A stretch of 64,000 bases of DNA from Chloroflexota bacterium (GCA_024224815.1 JAAENC010000726.1:3774-67773), one strand, 5' to 3'; shown: positions 32,234 through 41,931, numbered from the stretch's first letter. Notes: a model not told the origin generated them from the letters alone. Numbers and translations are program-made.

Positions 32234-33700
32234 ATGGATAAAAAGATATTAGGTACTTTTATATGTGTAGCTTTTGGAGTTTGCCTTGTCGCATGCCAGC
32301 AGCAACCATCAACAAAGTCTTCTGTACAAATAGCCCAAACTTCAACACCAACTTTTGTGGCTAAAGATATTTTTTCTACAAAAACACCCAGCGCAACAAA
32401 GCACAATGTTTTTGATTTAGATGGATTTGAACATTTCCCCATGCCATCGCTGGAAAGTTCTATAACGTTTTCCGAAGAGCAACTTGACTTGCTAAAAAAG
32501 AAGCTGGATGATGTTTTGGGCTTAGATGGATCGTATTCTGATCTTCCGGTATTTGGAAATATCTTTAGATACGAAAACACTGGTACTTCTGAGATATTTC
32601 TTGCGAGTTATAAATATGAGTGGACAACTAAATCAGAAATAGGTTTTTTTCTTTTCAACAAAGCAAACAAGATAATCTATTATTCAGAACCAGAAATATA
32701 TAGCGTCTATGTTCATCACAGAATAGGGCTTGTGGGGCTTTCTGAAACTACTCAAGGAATTTTTTACCAAATTTTCACAAGCACAGGCGGAAGTGGAATT
32801 TACCCAACTACTTATCAGAAAGTATATATTTGGATGGATAATCAATTTGAAACAGTTTGGCAGTGGGAAAATAGCGGAGGCGGACAGGTTGGAGCTTTTA
32901 ACCAAGATTGGGATGCGGAATATATAAATTTTGAAAAGCTAACCAAATCTTCCATGCTGGATATTACGCTAGAAAAGCAAAGGAAAATTGTTTCTGATCT
33001 AGAATATTACAGAATATATTATCCTGGTAAATTGGTATTTAGTTGGACAGGAGAGCATTATGCATTGACTCATTTTTTTGATAATGAAGATTTACACCCT
33101 CTTCGGACAAATCGACCAATTGTTATGGCTCCAGGTGGTGTTTGGGGAAAAATAATCACCGAGGTTGACACTGCATGGTTTTATTCTGACCGTTTAAGAT
33201 ATACCTCTACTTGGGATGACAACAACATATACCTTCATATTTCGATACATCCTGAGAATATACTTCAGATTGCTTTTGATGTGGATTTAGAAGGTGATTT
33301 CGAATCGACAGTACTTAGTTCTGATGATTTTGTTTTTGAGATTGAAGTTCCAAAGGTCGCACCAGATGAGGCGTGTGAAAATACTGTTACGATAAATCCT
33401 CTTTCGACTTCAGCTATGAATACGGATATAACGGTCTCTTCAAGCGGAGACTTTATTGACTGCTCTATTCTTGTGGCTATTCCACGAACTGATATGTTCT
33501 TAGATCACAACCTGGTAGAAGCATCTTCTCATACTTACTCCTATAAAGACAAATATGGAACAATAATACAGGAACGGTACCATACCGCTGGTGAAATCAT
33601 AGGTTTTGCTATACAGCCAAAACAATTTAGCGATATATATAAATTTGATATGAGCAATCCTGTTACTTGGGGAACCTTGATATTTACATCAAAAGAATAG
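32234..33700 (+). CDS. Hypothetical lipoprotein (AT-rich gene)
   Basis: MDKKILGTFICVAFGVCLVAC lipobox from the ATG at 32234 (the track start 32213 is GTG). No family recognised. Looks AT-richer than its flanks by eye. Confidence 0.55.
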   Translation: MDKKILGTFICVAFGVCLVACQQQPSTKSSVQIAQTSTPTFVAKDIFSTKTPSATKHNVFDLDGFEHFPMPSLESSITFSEEQLDLLKKKLDDVLGLDGSYSDLPVFGNIFRYENTGTSEIFLASYKYEWTTKSEIGFFLFNKANKIIYYSEPEIYSVYVHHRIGLVGLSETTQGIFYQIFTSTGGSGIYPTTYQKVYIWMDNQFETVWQWENSGGGQVGAFNQDWDAEYINFEKLTKSSMLDITLEKQRKIVSDLEYYRIYYPGKLVFSWTGEHYALTHFFDNEDLHPLRTNRPIVMAPGGVWGKIITEVDTAWFYSDRLRYTSTWDDNNIYLHISIHPENILQIAFDVDLEGDFESTVLSSDDFVFEIEVPKVAPDEACENTVTINPLSTSAMNTDITVSSSGDFIDCSILVAIPRTDMFLDHNLVEASSHTYSYKDKYGTIIQERYHTAGEIIGFAIQPKQFSDIYKFDMSNPVTWGTLIFTSKE

Positions 33701-33810
33701 AAATACTACCCGTGATTTCCTCTTTCCCTAACTTCCCGTTATAATAGGAAGACCCCAAAACAAATTTCCCACATCCCCAGTGATGAAGGTCTAAAGAAGG
33801 AGAAATACCC

Positions 33811-34566
33811 ATGTCTGGTCATTCCAAGTGGTCAACAATTAAACGAAAAAAAGGTGTTGCTGACGCAAAACGTGGCGCAGCATTTACCCGCCTGAGCAGA
33901 GAAGTAACTCTCGCAGCCCGTGAAGGCGGCGGTGATCCCGATACTAATTTCCGTTTGCGTTTGGCGATAGAAAAAGCCCGCGCCGGGAATATGCCCAAGG
34001 ACAATATCGAACGCTCGATCAAAAAAGGCACCGGCGAAGATAAAGACGGCGTTGTTTTTGAAGAAGTAACCTATGAAGGTTATGCGCCCAATGGCGTGGC
34101 TGTAATCCTGGAGTGCATGACCGAAAATAAAAACCGTACTGTTGCTGAAGTTAGACACGGTTTGGATAAACACAACGGCAGCCTCGGCGAAAATGGCTCG
34201 GTAATGTGGCAATTTGATCGAATCACCTTTTTCACCTTCCCCGCTGCAAAAATGGATTTTGATTCTGCTTTTGAATTAGCGATTGAAGCTGGCGCAGATG
34301 ATGTTACCGAAGATGAAGACATGATCGAGATCGTTGGTCCTGTCAGCAGCTATAAAGATATTAGTGATGCTTTGCGCGCAGCCAATGTGGATGTTGAAGA
34401 TGCTGGCTTACGCATGGAACCCAAACAGGAAATGGCGCTAGAAGTCGCCGATACCCTTCAGGTATTAAAGGTAGTTGAATATCTCGAAGAATTAGACGAT
34501 GTCCAAAATGTCTACCACAATATGACGATCTCCGACGAGGCAATGGAAGCCCTTGCTGCAGAGTAG
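33811..34566 (+). CDS. yebC: YebC/PmpR-family transcriptional regulator
   Basis: MSGHSKWSTIKRKKG...ARAGNMPKDNIERSIKKG. Confidence 0.9.
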   Translation: MSGHSKWSTIKRKKGVADAKRGAAFTRLSREVTLAAREGGGDPDTNFRLRLAIEKARAGNMPKDNIERSIKKGTGEDKDGVVFEEVTYEGYAPNGVAVILECMTENKNRTVAEVRHGLDKHNGSLGENGSVMWQFDRITFFTFPAAKMDFDSAFELAIEAGADDVTEDEDMIEIVGPVSSYKDISDALRAANVDVEDAGLRMEPKQEMALEVADTLQVLKVVEYLEELDDVQNVYHNMTISDEAMEALAAE

Positions 34567-34657
34567 ATTTGCTACTTACCAGCCCCCCTTTAACTCCTCC
34601 CTTAGGGGGGAGAATCAGTCCCTTCCCCATGAGGGGGAAGGTTAGGATGGGGGCAAA

Positions 34658-35161
34658 ATGAGTCTGGTCTTAGGGATTGACCCGGGGACTGCAACGACGG
34701 GATACGGTTTTGTTCGCCAAAATCGTGATAGCAGTCTGGAAGCCATCGCTTATGGCGTAATCTCTACCCCCGCAAAAACACCAGCGCATGAGCGTTTGGT
34801 CTCCATATACGATCAACTGAATGAACTAATACTTCTCCATCGCCCTGAACGCTGTGCGGTGGAGAAGTTGTTTTTTTCACGAAATGTAACAACGGCCATT
34901 GCGGTTGGGCAGGCGCGCGGCGTTGTTATGCTCTCTCTTGCTCAAGCAGGAATGGACCCCGCAGAATATACGCCCAACGAAATTAAATTAGCGGTATCAG
35001 GCTACGGCTCAGCGGGGAAGCGACAAGTACAAGAAATGGTAAGAATGTTGCTTAATCTCGAGAAAATTCCTCGCCCAGACGATGCAGCAGATGCCCTCGC
35101 AGTGGCGATAACCCATATTCATAGTGATCATATGAATACCCTTTCTAGTTATTCAGGATAA
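34658..35161 (+). CDS. ruvC: Holliday junction resolvase RuvC
   Basis: LGIDPGTATTGYG...VEKLFF...DAADALAVAITH. Confidence 0.9.
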   Translation: MSLVLGIDPGTATTGYGFVRQNRDSSLEAIAYGVISTPAKTPAHERLVSIYDQLNELILLHRPERCAVEKLFFSRNVTTAIAVGQARGVVMLSLAQAGMDPAEYTPNEIKLAVSGYGSAGKRQVQEMVRMLLNLEKIPRPDDAADALAVAITHIHSDHMNTLSSYSG

Positions 35162-35166
35162 ATCAG

Positions 35167-36426
35167 ATGATGGAAAACGCAGACCTTTTTCTACGATTTG
35201 GCGTTGCGATGGCAATTGGATTTTTGATCGGTCTCCAACGTGAATTTGCGCACGGCAACCCCGACCGCGAGATCATCGCCGGAGAACGTACCTTTGCTTT
35301 GTTTGGGCTTGCTGGGGCCTTAGCGGCAATGGCTGCCGACGAACTTAATTCCGCGCTGGCTTTTGTCGGTATTCTACTTGTTTTTGGCGCTTTTATCACC
35401 GCTGCCTATCTGGTTGATGCCCGCAAAGGGCAGGTTGGTTTAACCACAGAAGTTGCGATAGTAATCGCTATTGCAGCAGGTTCTCTCGCGTATTGGGGTT
35501 ATCTCACCCTTGCGCTTGCCATTGGTATCGCAACCACAGTCATACTTTCTATAAAACTCGAAACAGATCGCTTTGCGCGCTCACTGACGAGAGAAGATAT
35601 TTCGGCTGCGCTGCAACTTGCTGTCATTTCTGCCATCATTTTGCCAATTCTCCCTAACCAAAGCTTTCTCCCTCCTCCTTTCGACGTGCTCAATCCCTTC
35701 AAAATTTGGCTGATGGTCGTTTTTATCTCGGGAATCAGCTTCTTGGGCTATGTCGCCATCAAAGTTATCGGCCCCGAACAAGGAATTGGGATTACAGGTT
35801 TTCTCGGTGGACTGGTTTCCAGCACAGCCGTTACGCTCAGCTTTTCAGAGCGTAGCACTCGTGAGCCTGACCTTTCTAAACCCTTCGCTTTAGCGATCAC
35901 CGTTGCCTGGACAGTTATGTTCGCCCGTGTCCTTGTCGAAGTGGGCGTTGTTTATCAACCGCTTTTAAAATTAGTTTGGATTCCGATCACGGCCTCAGCA
36001 CTGGTCGGCTTATTCTATTGCCTATATCTCTATTTTTCCCAACGCACTGCTGAAAAAGGCGATATCGACTTTTCCAATCCCTTCGATCTAGGCTCTGCCA
36101 TCAAATTTGGCCTTTTATACGGTCTCGTTCTACTCGTATCACGAGCCGCCCAAATGTATCTTGGTGACACAGGGCTTTATCTCTCGAGTGTCATTTCTGG
36201 CGTTGCAGATGTAGATGCTATCACCCTTTCGATGGCAGAACTGAGCAAAACTGGCGTTATAGCCATGCCAAAAGCCGCTCTCGCCATTATCCTTGCGACA
36301 ATGTCCAATACTGCCGTCAAAGGCGGCATCGCCCTCGCGATGGGTGGTAAAGCCCTGCGTAAACCCTTACTATTCGCCATTTTAGCAATGCTCGTCATCG
36401 GCATCGGCACAGCCCTTTTGATCTAA
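35167..36426 (+). CDS. MgtC/SapB-family membrane protein with DUF4010-like C-terminal half
   Basis: 419 aa polytopic. N-terminal GVAMAIGFLIGLQRE (MgtC motif). Confidence 0.6.
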   Translation: MMENADLFLRFGVAMAIGFLIGLQREFAHGNPDREIIAGERTFALFGLAGALAAMAADELNSALAFVGILLVFGAFITAAYLVDARKGQVGLTTEVAIVIAIAAGSLAYWGYLTLALAIGIATTVILSIKLETDRFARSLTREDISAALQLAVISAIILPILPNQSFLPPPFDVLNPFKIWLMVVFISGISFLGYVAIKVIGPEQGIGITGFLGGLVSSTAVTLSFSERSTREPDLSKPFALAITVAWTVMFARVLVEVGVVYQPLLKLVWIPITASALVGLFYCLYLYFSQRTAEKGDIDFSNPFDLGSAIKFGLLYGLVLLVSRAAQMYLGDTGLYLSSVISGVADVDAITLSMAELSKTGVIAMPKAALAIILATMSNTAVKGGIALAMGGKALRKPLLFAILAMLVIGIGTALLI

Positions 36427-36435
36427 ACTAATTTT

Positions 36436-36494
36436 TCCCCCCTAAATTCCACGCTTTTGGAATTTGGGGGAGATGTCCGTGGGACAGAGGGGGC
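36436..36494. repeat. Hairpin repeat CCCCTAAATTCC..GGAATTTGGGGGAGATG..GGGACAGAGGGGGC (copy 2)
   Basis: Matches 25483-25539. Confidence 0.8.
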
Positions 36495-36600
36495 AAAACA
36501 CCTAGGGTAAAGTGAATAAAACACAGTTCCTGAGCAAAATAACCAACAGGAACATAGTAGAAGACATCGGACTACATGTCTAAATAACCGGAGAAATTCT

Positions 36601-37176
36601 ATGATAGCAACCTTACGCGGTGAAATCAGCCAAAAAGAAGAAGATGCCCTTATCGTCGAAGTTGGCGGCGTGGGTTTGCGCGTCCATATTCCTGCCACGC
36701 TTTTTCAGCAGGTGAATGTGGGTGAGAGCGCCTTTTTCTACACCCATTTCGTTGTCCGTGAAGATGCCATGTCTTTATACGGATTTGAAACTCAGGCAGA
36801 TCGTGACCTCTATGTACTTCTTCTCAGCGTAAACAGGATCGGCCCCAAATTAGCTTTGGCGATTCTCTCCTCCCTTTCACTTGATACCATTAAACGAGCA
36901 GTTTTCAACGAAGAATTTGAGATCCTTAACCGCGTCCCCGGCGTGGGAAAAAAGACCGCGCAAGGAATCATTCTCTCGCTGCAAGGCAAACTCAAACCGA
37001 TGGATGCCCTCGAAGAAGTCGCCGCCATGTCAGATACAGATGGCGAAGTTTTAGACGCGCTTACAGCCCTCGGCTACAGCGTTATCGAGGCCCAAACAGC
37101 AATTCAATCCATTCCCAAAGATGCACCCAAAGAAGTCGAAGAACGCTTGCGTTTGGCCTTGGGATATTTTCAATGA
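36601..37176 (+). CDS. ruvA: Holliday junction DNA helicase subunit RuvA
   Basis: MIATLRGEI...GVGLRVHIP...NRVPGVGKKTAQGIIL (HhH motifs). Confidence 0.9.
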   Translation: MIATLRGEISQKEEDALIVEVGGVGLRVHIPATLFQQVNVGESAFFYTHFVVREDAMSLYGFETQADRDLYVLLLSVNRIGPKLALAILSSLSLDTIKRAVFNEEFEILNRVPGVGKKTAQGIILSLQGKLKPMDALEEVAAMSDTDGEVLDALTALGYSVIEAQTAIQSIPKDAPKEVEERLRLALGYFQ

Positions 37177-37276
37177 TCCGCAAAACAGAGATTTTAAACG
37201 CCTGGAGTTATTTATGCAGAGTGGAGTTAAATTTTGAATATCAATGCATCAAAGACAAAATCATAAAATTGGTTGG

Positions 37277-38197
37277 ATGATAAAAAAAGGAAGTATTAAG
37301 AAAAACAATAGGATAACTGAGATTATTGCAATCAGTATTCTGATGTTGTTAATCAGTGCCTGTAGCTTGAGTAGAGGGGAAGCAACGTCACAAGAGGCTC
37401 CAGATACAAGAAACTGTAACTGCCAAAGCCTGGATATTACCAAGATCATGCTACGCCCTCCTGATTGGGAATATGATTTTGAAAACGGCTGGAATGCTGA
37501 ATATGGAAAAGGGGATCTCTCCCAACGAAATACTCAAGCTCTTGCCTGGAGATATAGCCAAATGCAGACATCCAGTGCTGGAGAAGTAATGCCTGATCCA
37601 AAAAATGCCAACAACTCAGTGATGAGGTTTCTCTGGCAAAGGGGAAAGGGGCAACAATATGATACAAATACGCAAAAGAAGGCACACCTATATGGGGCTT
37701 TTGGGGAGCATAATATACAAAAAGAGGTGTGGAGTCTGGATTTGTACTTTCCCTCAGCAGAGATGCCGTCTGACAAAGAACCAGAGATTTTGATCCAATG
37801 GCATGGGGTACCAGATAACTGCGAACTCCCTCGTAATCCCCCTATTGCATTAGCAAACCAGCAAGATCGGCTTTCAGTGACTTGGCGATGTGATCAGAAA
37901 AATTGTACGCCCTGGGGTTTTAAACGTTGGGATGCGGGTTGGAAAGACCTTGGAGAAACCCCCAAGGATCAGTGGGTTAACTTCGTATTTGCTATCCAAT
38001 GGGATCCCTTTGGGTGTGGAGTCTTGGAAATATGGCAAGATGGCAATAGAATTCTTGATGAAAAGGAGATTCCTTTGGGCTTCAATGATACACTAGGCGC
38101 TTATCTTGGCTTCGGGATTTATAAATATACCCTGACCTCAGAAAGCCAATATAGGACAATCTACTTTGATAATGTAAAGCAATGGATAGTTCCTTAA
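37277..38197 (+). CDS. Secreted lipoprotein, possibly concanavalin-like/polysaccharide-lyase fold
   Basis: MIKKGSIKKNNRITEIIAISILMLLISAC lipobox (alternative start 37244). ILIQWHGVPD and IYFDNV are reminiscent of Polysacc_lyase-type domains. Weak call. Confidence 0.4.
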   Translation: MIKKGSIKKNNRITEIIAISILMLLISACSLSRGEATSQEAPDTRNCNCQSLDITKIMLRPPDWEYDFENGWNAEYGKGDLSQRNTQALAWRYSQMQTSSAGEVMPDPKNANNSVMRFLWQRGKGQQYDTNTQKKAHLYGAFGEHNIQKEVWSLDLYFPSAEMPSDKEPEILIQWHGVPDNCELPRNPPIALANQQDRLSVTWRCDQKNCTPWGFKRWDAGWKDLGETPKDQWVNFVFAIQWDPFGCGVLEIWQDGNRILDEKEIPLGFNDTLGAYLGFGIYKYTLTSESQYRTIYFDNVKQWIVP

Positions 38198-38341
38198 AGA
38201 GTGTGTTTAGTATCTAACCTAAAAAAAAATGGAGTTCTTCCTCAATAGATTTTAAGGCAAAGATACTCGATTTTTTCGCTGTGAAAAGAAATAAAAGAAA
38301 AACAAAAAACAGCCCTTGCCGAAGAACACCATAAACATTCC

Positions 38342-38437
38342 AAGCTTAAACCTTCAACATGAAACATCTAACCCTAAAAGAAGTCCGAAGCTGGTACGAA
38401 GCTACCGATGCCGTTCACGATTTTGACCATATTATCC
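38342..38437 (+). pseudogene. Duplicated 5' fragment (upstream leader plus first 26 codons) of the HD-hydrolase gene at 40342
   Basis: AAGCTTAAACC...ATGAAACATCTAACCCTAAAAGAAGTCCGAAGCTGGTACGAAGCTACCGATGCCGTTCACGATTTTGACCATATTATCC aligns with 40301-40420. After 38437 the similarity stops and the frame terminates after 45 codons. Confidence 0.8.
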
Positions 38438-38450
38438 ATATATTGGGTTT

Positions 38451-39344
38451 ATGCTCAGAATCAATAACGAAAATTACTGGGACTTTTCCCCAATAGAGAT
38501 GAGAAAATTCGTATTTATTTTTGGCACTATAGCATTGTTGTTTTTGTGTACACTAAATCAAATTATTGAATTAGCATTCAGCGAAGAGTTTATTCAATTT
38601 CTTGAAAAAGTGTTTTCTCCAGATGGTGTTATAAGTTGCCCGACATGTATTTTTCAGAGTATAAATAAACACATAATTTGTGTGAGCGCAATCTGGATGA
38701 TAATATTTCTTGATAAGCAGGGTTTCGACAGGTTTTGCTTATATAACTTGAGCTCAAAAATGAAGTTAGCATATATAGCTACGCTTCTTTTTATCATATC
38801 GTGGGTGTTTTTTCGAGACCAGGAGTTATATAGAGAAGATGATTTTTTTGAGCAATTAACGACTATATTATTTTTGTGTACGTCAATTATTTTTACCCTG
38901 AAATTATTCAGGGCTGGTAAATTGAATCGCAGATATTTATTTTTTGGGGCCGTGTTTTTCTTTATTATTACGATGGAGGAGATTAGCTGGGGGCAAAGAG
39001 TTATAAACTGGGAAACACCTGATTTATGGAAAGTTATAAATTATCAAGATGAGACCAATTTTCATAATTTATTTAATCCTGTTTTGCAGTATTTTTATAT
39101 GGCGGGAACTTTGTTTTTAGGATATATCTTCTACTCGATAGGTACTTTGAAAAGCATTTTTTCACGTTTTACTTGGATGGGTAATATATCCCATCTTCTT
39201 CCATCAATTGAGTATTCACTTTTTAGTTTCGTATTCTTTTTCCTGAGTTTACAACACTCAGCACCTTATGGAGGAGAATTAATCGAGGGGGTATTCTCTT
39301 TGTTCGGAGTTATATATGCTACTGATATATACCTGAAAGACTGA
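38451..39344 (+). CDS. Hypothetical polytopic membrane protein (very AT-rich)
   Basis: 297 aa, about 8 TM. Conserved-looking ITMEEISWGQRV loop. No family recognised. Start uncertain (no clear RBS). Confidence 0.55.
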   Translation: MLRINNENYWDFSPIEMRKFVFIFGTIALLFLCTLNQIIELAFSEEFIQFLEKVFSPDGVISCPTCIFQSINKHIICVSAIWMIIFLDKQGFDRFCLYNLSSKMKLAYIATLLFIISWVFFRDQELYREDDFFEQLTTILFLCTSIIFTLKLFRAGKLNRRYLFFGAVFFFIITMEEISWGQRVINWETPDLWKVINYQDETNFHNLFNPVLQYFYMAGTLFLGYIFYSIGTLKSIFSRFTWMGNISHLLPSIEYSLFSFVFFFLSLQHSAPYGGELIEGVFSLFGVIYATDIYLKD

Positions 39345-39371
39345 TACGTAATCTATAATAATAAAACGCAT

Positions 39372-39430
39372 GGCTTGAAACTAACCCTAAAAGAAGCCTC
39401 TAAATGATATGAAGGCACCATATTGTTCAC
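39372..39430 (+). pseudogene. Second, degenerate remnant of the HD-gene 5' region
   Basis: GGCTTGAAAC-TAACCCTAAAAGAAGCC...GAAGGCACCATATTGTTCAC aligns with AAGCTTAAAC...TAACCCTAAAAGAAGCC...GAAGATACCGATGCTGTTCAC, with many substitutions, a deleted start codon and an in-frame stop. Confidence 0.45.
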
Positions 39431-39514
39431 TGTTTGTGTACGATAATGATGCGCGGAAGCCCGCGTGAGAAGCAGGTTCTACTATCAACCATTTCCTTAC
39501 AGGAGACAGATTAT

Positions 39515-40276
39515 ATGAATTCACCAAATAAAATTGCACTCATAGCCGCAATCCTTTACACAGCTTTTATTGGATTTGGCATGTACTATATGAAGAATAT
39601 CAATCTCACGACTTATGGTAAGCCTGAAATGGTGAATACCCTATGGTGGGTTGAGATTGTTTTAACGGCGATCACCCTTTATGTTGTGATTAAATTTTTC
39701 AGTTGGAAGGAAGTCGGCTTTCGTAAAATTAATCTTAAGCAATTGGGCTGGCTTCTTCCAAGTTTTTTGCTGTTGGCTCTAATGGCTTACCAGTTTTTGT
39801 TGGCGTCAGCCTCTACTCCTCTGGATCCGGCCCAAAAGAAGCTACTCGCGTTATTGGCATTTACAACATTTCTAGTTGGGTTCTCCGAAGAGATTATGTA
39901 TAGGGGCATTGTTTTACACGCTTTTCGTGCGAAACAACCGATCCTCGTGGCAATGTTGATAAGCGCTATCGCTTTTTCTTTGCTTCATGCCGTTAATATA
40001 TTTGGAGGTATATCACTAGCTAGCGTCGGGGGGCAACTTCTCTTGACTTTCTTGTTTGGCTTCTTCTTTGCGCCGTTGATGGTTAAGATTAACAATATTT
40101 GGCCTCTAATCATTTTCCATTGGTTATGGGACTTTATTCTTATTGGGGCTCCTGTTGTTGGCGCAGATGTGTCGATAGGCGTTGCGAGTAGTTTAATCTC
40201 TTTGATTTTTGGTAGTCTTTTATGGTTTAGCGTAAAGAGAGAAGAAAGCGGGAATGCACCGGCTTCAGTTGATTGA
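39515..40276 (+). CDS. CPBP-family intramembrane glutamic endopeptidase (CAAX protease/immunity-type)
   Basis: ATG at 39515 preceded by AGGAGA. EEIMYRG (EExxxR) and FSLLHA (FxxxH) motifs. About 7 TM. Confidence 0.75.
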   Translation: MNSPNKIALIAAILYTAFIGFGMYYMKNINLTTYGKPEMVNTLWWVEIVLTAITLYVVIKFFSWKEVGFRKINLKQLGWLLPSFLLLALMAYQFLLASASTPLDPAQKKLLALLAFTTFLVGFSEEIMYRGIVLHAFRAKQPILVAMLISAIAFSLLHAVNIFGGISLASVGGQLLLTFLFGFFFAPLMVKINNIWPLIIFHWLWDFILIGAPVVGADVSIGVASSLISLIFGSLLWFSVKREESGNAPASVD

Positions 40277-40341
40277 AAAGAAATATCACTCTTTCTTAGA
40301 AAGCTTAAACCATAAAATACTTATAACTCTAAAATCAAACG

Positions 40342-40986
40342 ATGAAACCAATAACCCTAAAAGAAGCCCGAAGCTGGTACGAAGATACCGATGCTGTTCA
40401 CGATTTTGATCATATTATCCGCGTCTACAATATGGCTGTTCGTCTCGCCAAAGCTGAAGGCGCCGACTTGGAAATTGTCCGGGCAGCTGCCCTTTTGCAC
40501 GATTCGCAGGGAAGCGACCCGGGTTCGGCATCTGGTCGATTGGAGCATCACCAAGCCTCTGCCAAGTTTGCTTCGGCGGTTTTGGCAGAAAAAGATTGGG
40601 CGCAGGAGAAAATTAGAGCTGTTGAACATTGTATTTTGGCGCATAGATTCCGCAATCCTGCTGAAAAGCCGGAAACATTGGATGCAAAGATTATTTTTGA
40701 TTCCGATAAATTGGATGCGCTCGGGGCCGTTGGTGCGGCGCGTGTTTTGGCCTATGCCGCGATTGCGGGAACGCCTTTTTACGAAGAGCCTTCGGCGCAA
40801 TTTTTGGAAAGTGGCAAAGAAATCGAAGGAGAAAGCCATTCTGCTTATCATGAACATCTTTTTAAGCTACGAAAATTGAGAGATCGGATGCACACGCCAA
40901 GTGCGCGAGCGATTGCTGATGAACGTTTGCGTTATTTGGATGATTTTTTCGAGCGGATGATTGCGGAGTGGCAGGGAGAAAAATAA
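40342..40986 (+). CDS. HD-domain phosphohydrolase
   Basis: 214 aa. HDFDHIIRV ... AALLHD ... DSDKLDALG. Confidence 0.8.
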   Translation: MKPITLKEARSWYEDTDAVHDFDHIIRVYNMAVRLAKAEGADLEIVRAAALLHDSQGSDPGSASGRLEHHQASAKFASAVLAEKDWAQEKIRAVEHCILAHRFRNPAEKPETLDAKIIFDSDKLDALGAVGAARVLAYAAIAGTPFYEEPSAQFLESGKEIEGESHSAYHEHLFKLRKLRDRMHTPSARAIADERLRYLDDFFERMIAEWQGEK

Positions 40987-41765
40987 TGCCAATGCTCCAA
41001 ACAAAAAGCCTTCAGACTTATTATGAAATTTCAGGTGAAGGCGAGACGTTGGTCTTCGTTCACGGTCTTGGTTCCAGTAGCCAAGATTGGAAGTTTCAGA
41101 GGGATTTTTTCTCAAAATCCTTTCAGGTCATTGCATACGATGTGCGCGGACATGGACAAAGCGAAAAGCCAAAAGGGCCTTATAGTGTGCCGCTTTTTGC
41201 GAAAGACCTGGCTGAGTTGCTCAATGAATTAAATGTGGAGAAAGCACATATTGTTGGGCTTTCAATGGGTGGCTGGATCGCTTTTCAATTTGCAGTGGAT
41301 TACCCTGAAAAACTTCGCTCGATGACCATTGTTAATTCATGGGCAGATATGCGCCTGAAAACATGGCAAGACTGGAAAGGTTATTTTCAGCGTGCGGTCA
41401 TTTTTCGGCTTTTTAGTATGCGAAAAATAGGGGAAGTACTTGGCGCAAAACTTTTCATTAAGCCAGAGCAGAAAGGGCTTCTGAATGACTTTGTAGAAAG
41501 TTGGGCGAAAAACCATAAAGCTTCTTATATGGCATCTTTTCATGCGGGGATAGGCTGGTCGGTAGAAGATCGTCTGGGAGAAATTAGAGTGCCTGTTTTA
41601 GTGATTGCTGCCGATGAAGATTACTTCCCCCTAGAGACAAAAAAAGCTTACGCCGACAAAATCCCCAATGCGCGTTTGGCAGTCATTGAAGATTCCCGTC
41701 ATGCAGTTTCGGTGGAAAGACCCGATGAGTTCAACCGTGCTTTGTTGACTTTTTTGCAGGAATAG
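40986..41765 (+). CDS. Alpha/beta-fold hydrolase
   Basis: ATG overlaps the HD stop (TAATG). HGLGSS, nucleophile elbow GLSMGG, C-terminal DSRHAV. Confidence 0.8.
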   Translation: MPMLQTKSLQTYYEISGEGETLVFVHGLGSSSQDWKFQRDFFSKSFQVIAYDVRGHGQSEKPKGPYSVPLFAKDLAELLNELNVEKAHIVGLSMGGWIAFQFAVDYPEKLRSMTIVNSWADMRLKTWQDWKGYFQRAVIFRLFSMRKIGEVLGAKLFIKPEQKGLLNDFVESWAKNHKASYMASFHAGIGWSVEDRLGEIRVPVLVIAADEDYFPLETKKAYADKIPNARLAVIEDSRHAVSVERPDEFNRALLTFLQE

Positions 41766-41773
41766 GACTTCCC

Positions 41774-41931
41774 TTCAGAGACTGTTTTAAAAAGGGCTGT
41801 GTAGAGTGCGTCGCACCTAAACGACGGGCACTCTGCTGATAAAGTGGCAAAAAACTTATCTCCAAGCATTTTTCTCATCAACTTAGGTGCGACGCACTCC
41901 TTCGCTCAGACTTATTAAACAGCTTCTCAGA
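41774..41931. repeat. MITE-like element of the GTGCGTCGCACC family (copy 3; sister of 14033-14191)
   Basis: Same outer and inner inverted repeats as the 14033-14191 copy. Arms at 41806-41817 and 41886-41897. Confidence 0.85.

Noticed and set aside
38342-40420. Possibility that the cassette array is an integron.
   Set aside because: There is no intI-type tyrosine recombinase and no attC-like imperfect palindromes (RYYYAAC...GTTRRRY) between cassettes. The repeated unit is the 5' end of the HD gene instead.
40357-40879. ORFs of 166 aa (minus strand) and 162 aa (plus strand, alternative frame) overlapping the HD gene.
   Set aside because: The HD frame carries the H..HD..D motifs and is translationally coupled to the next gene. 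The overlapping frames have no features.
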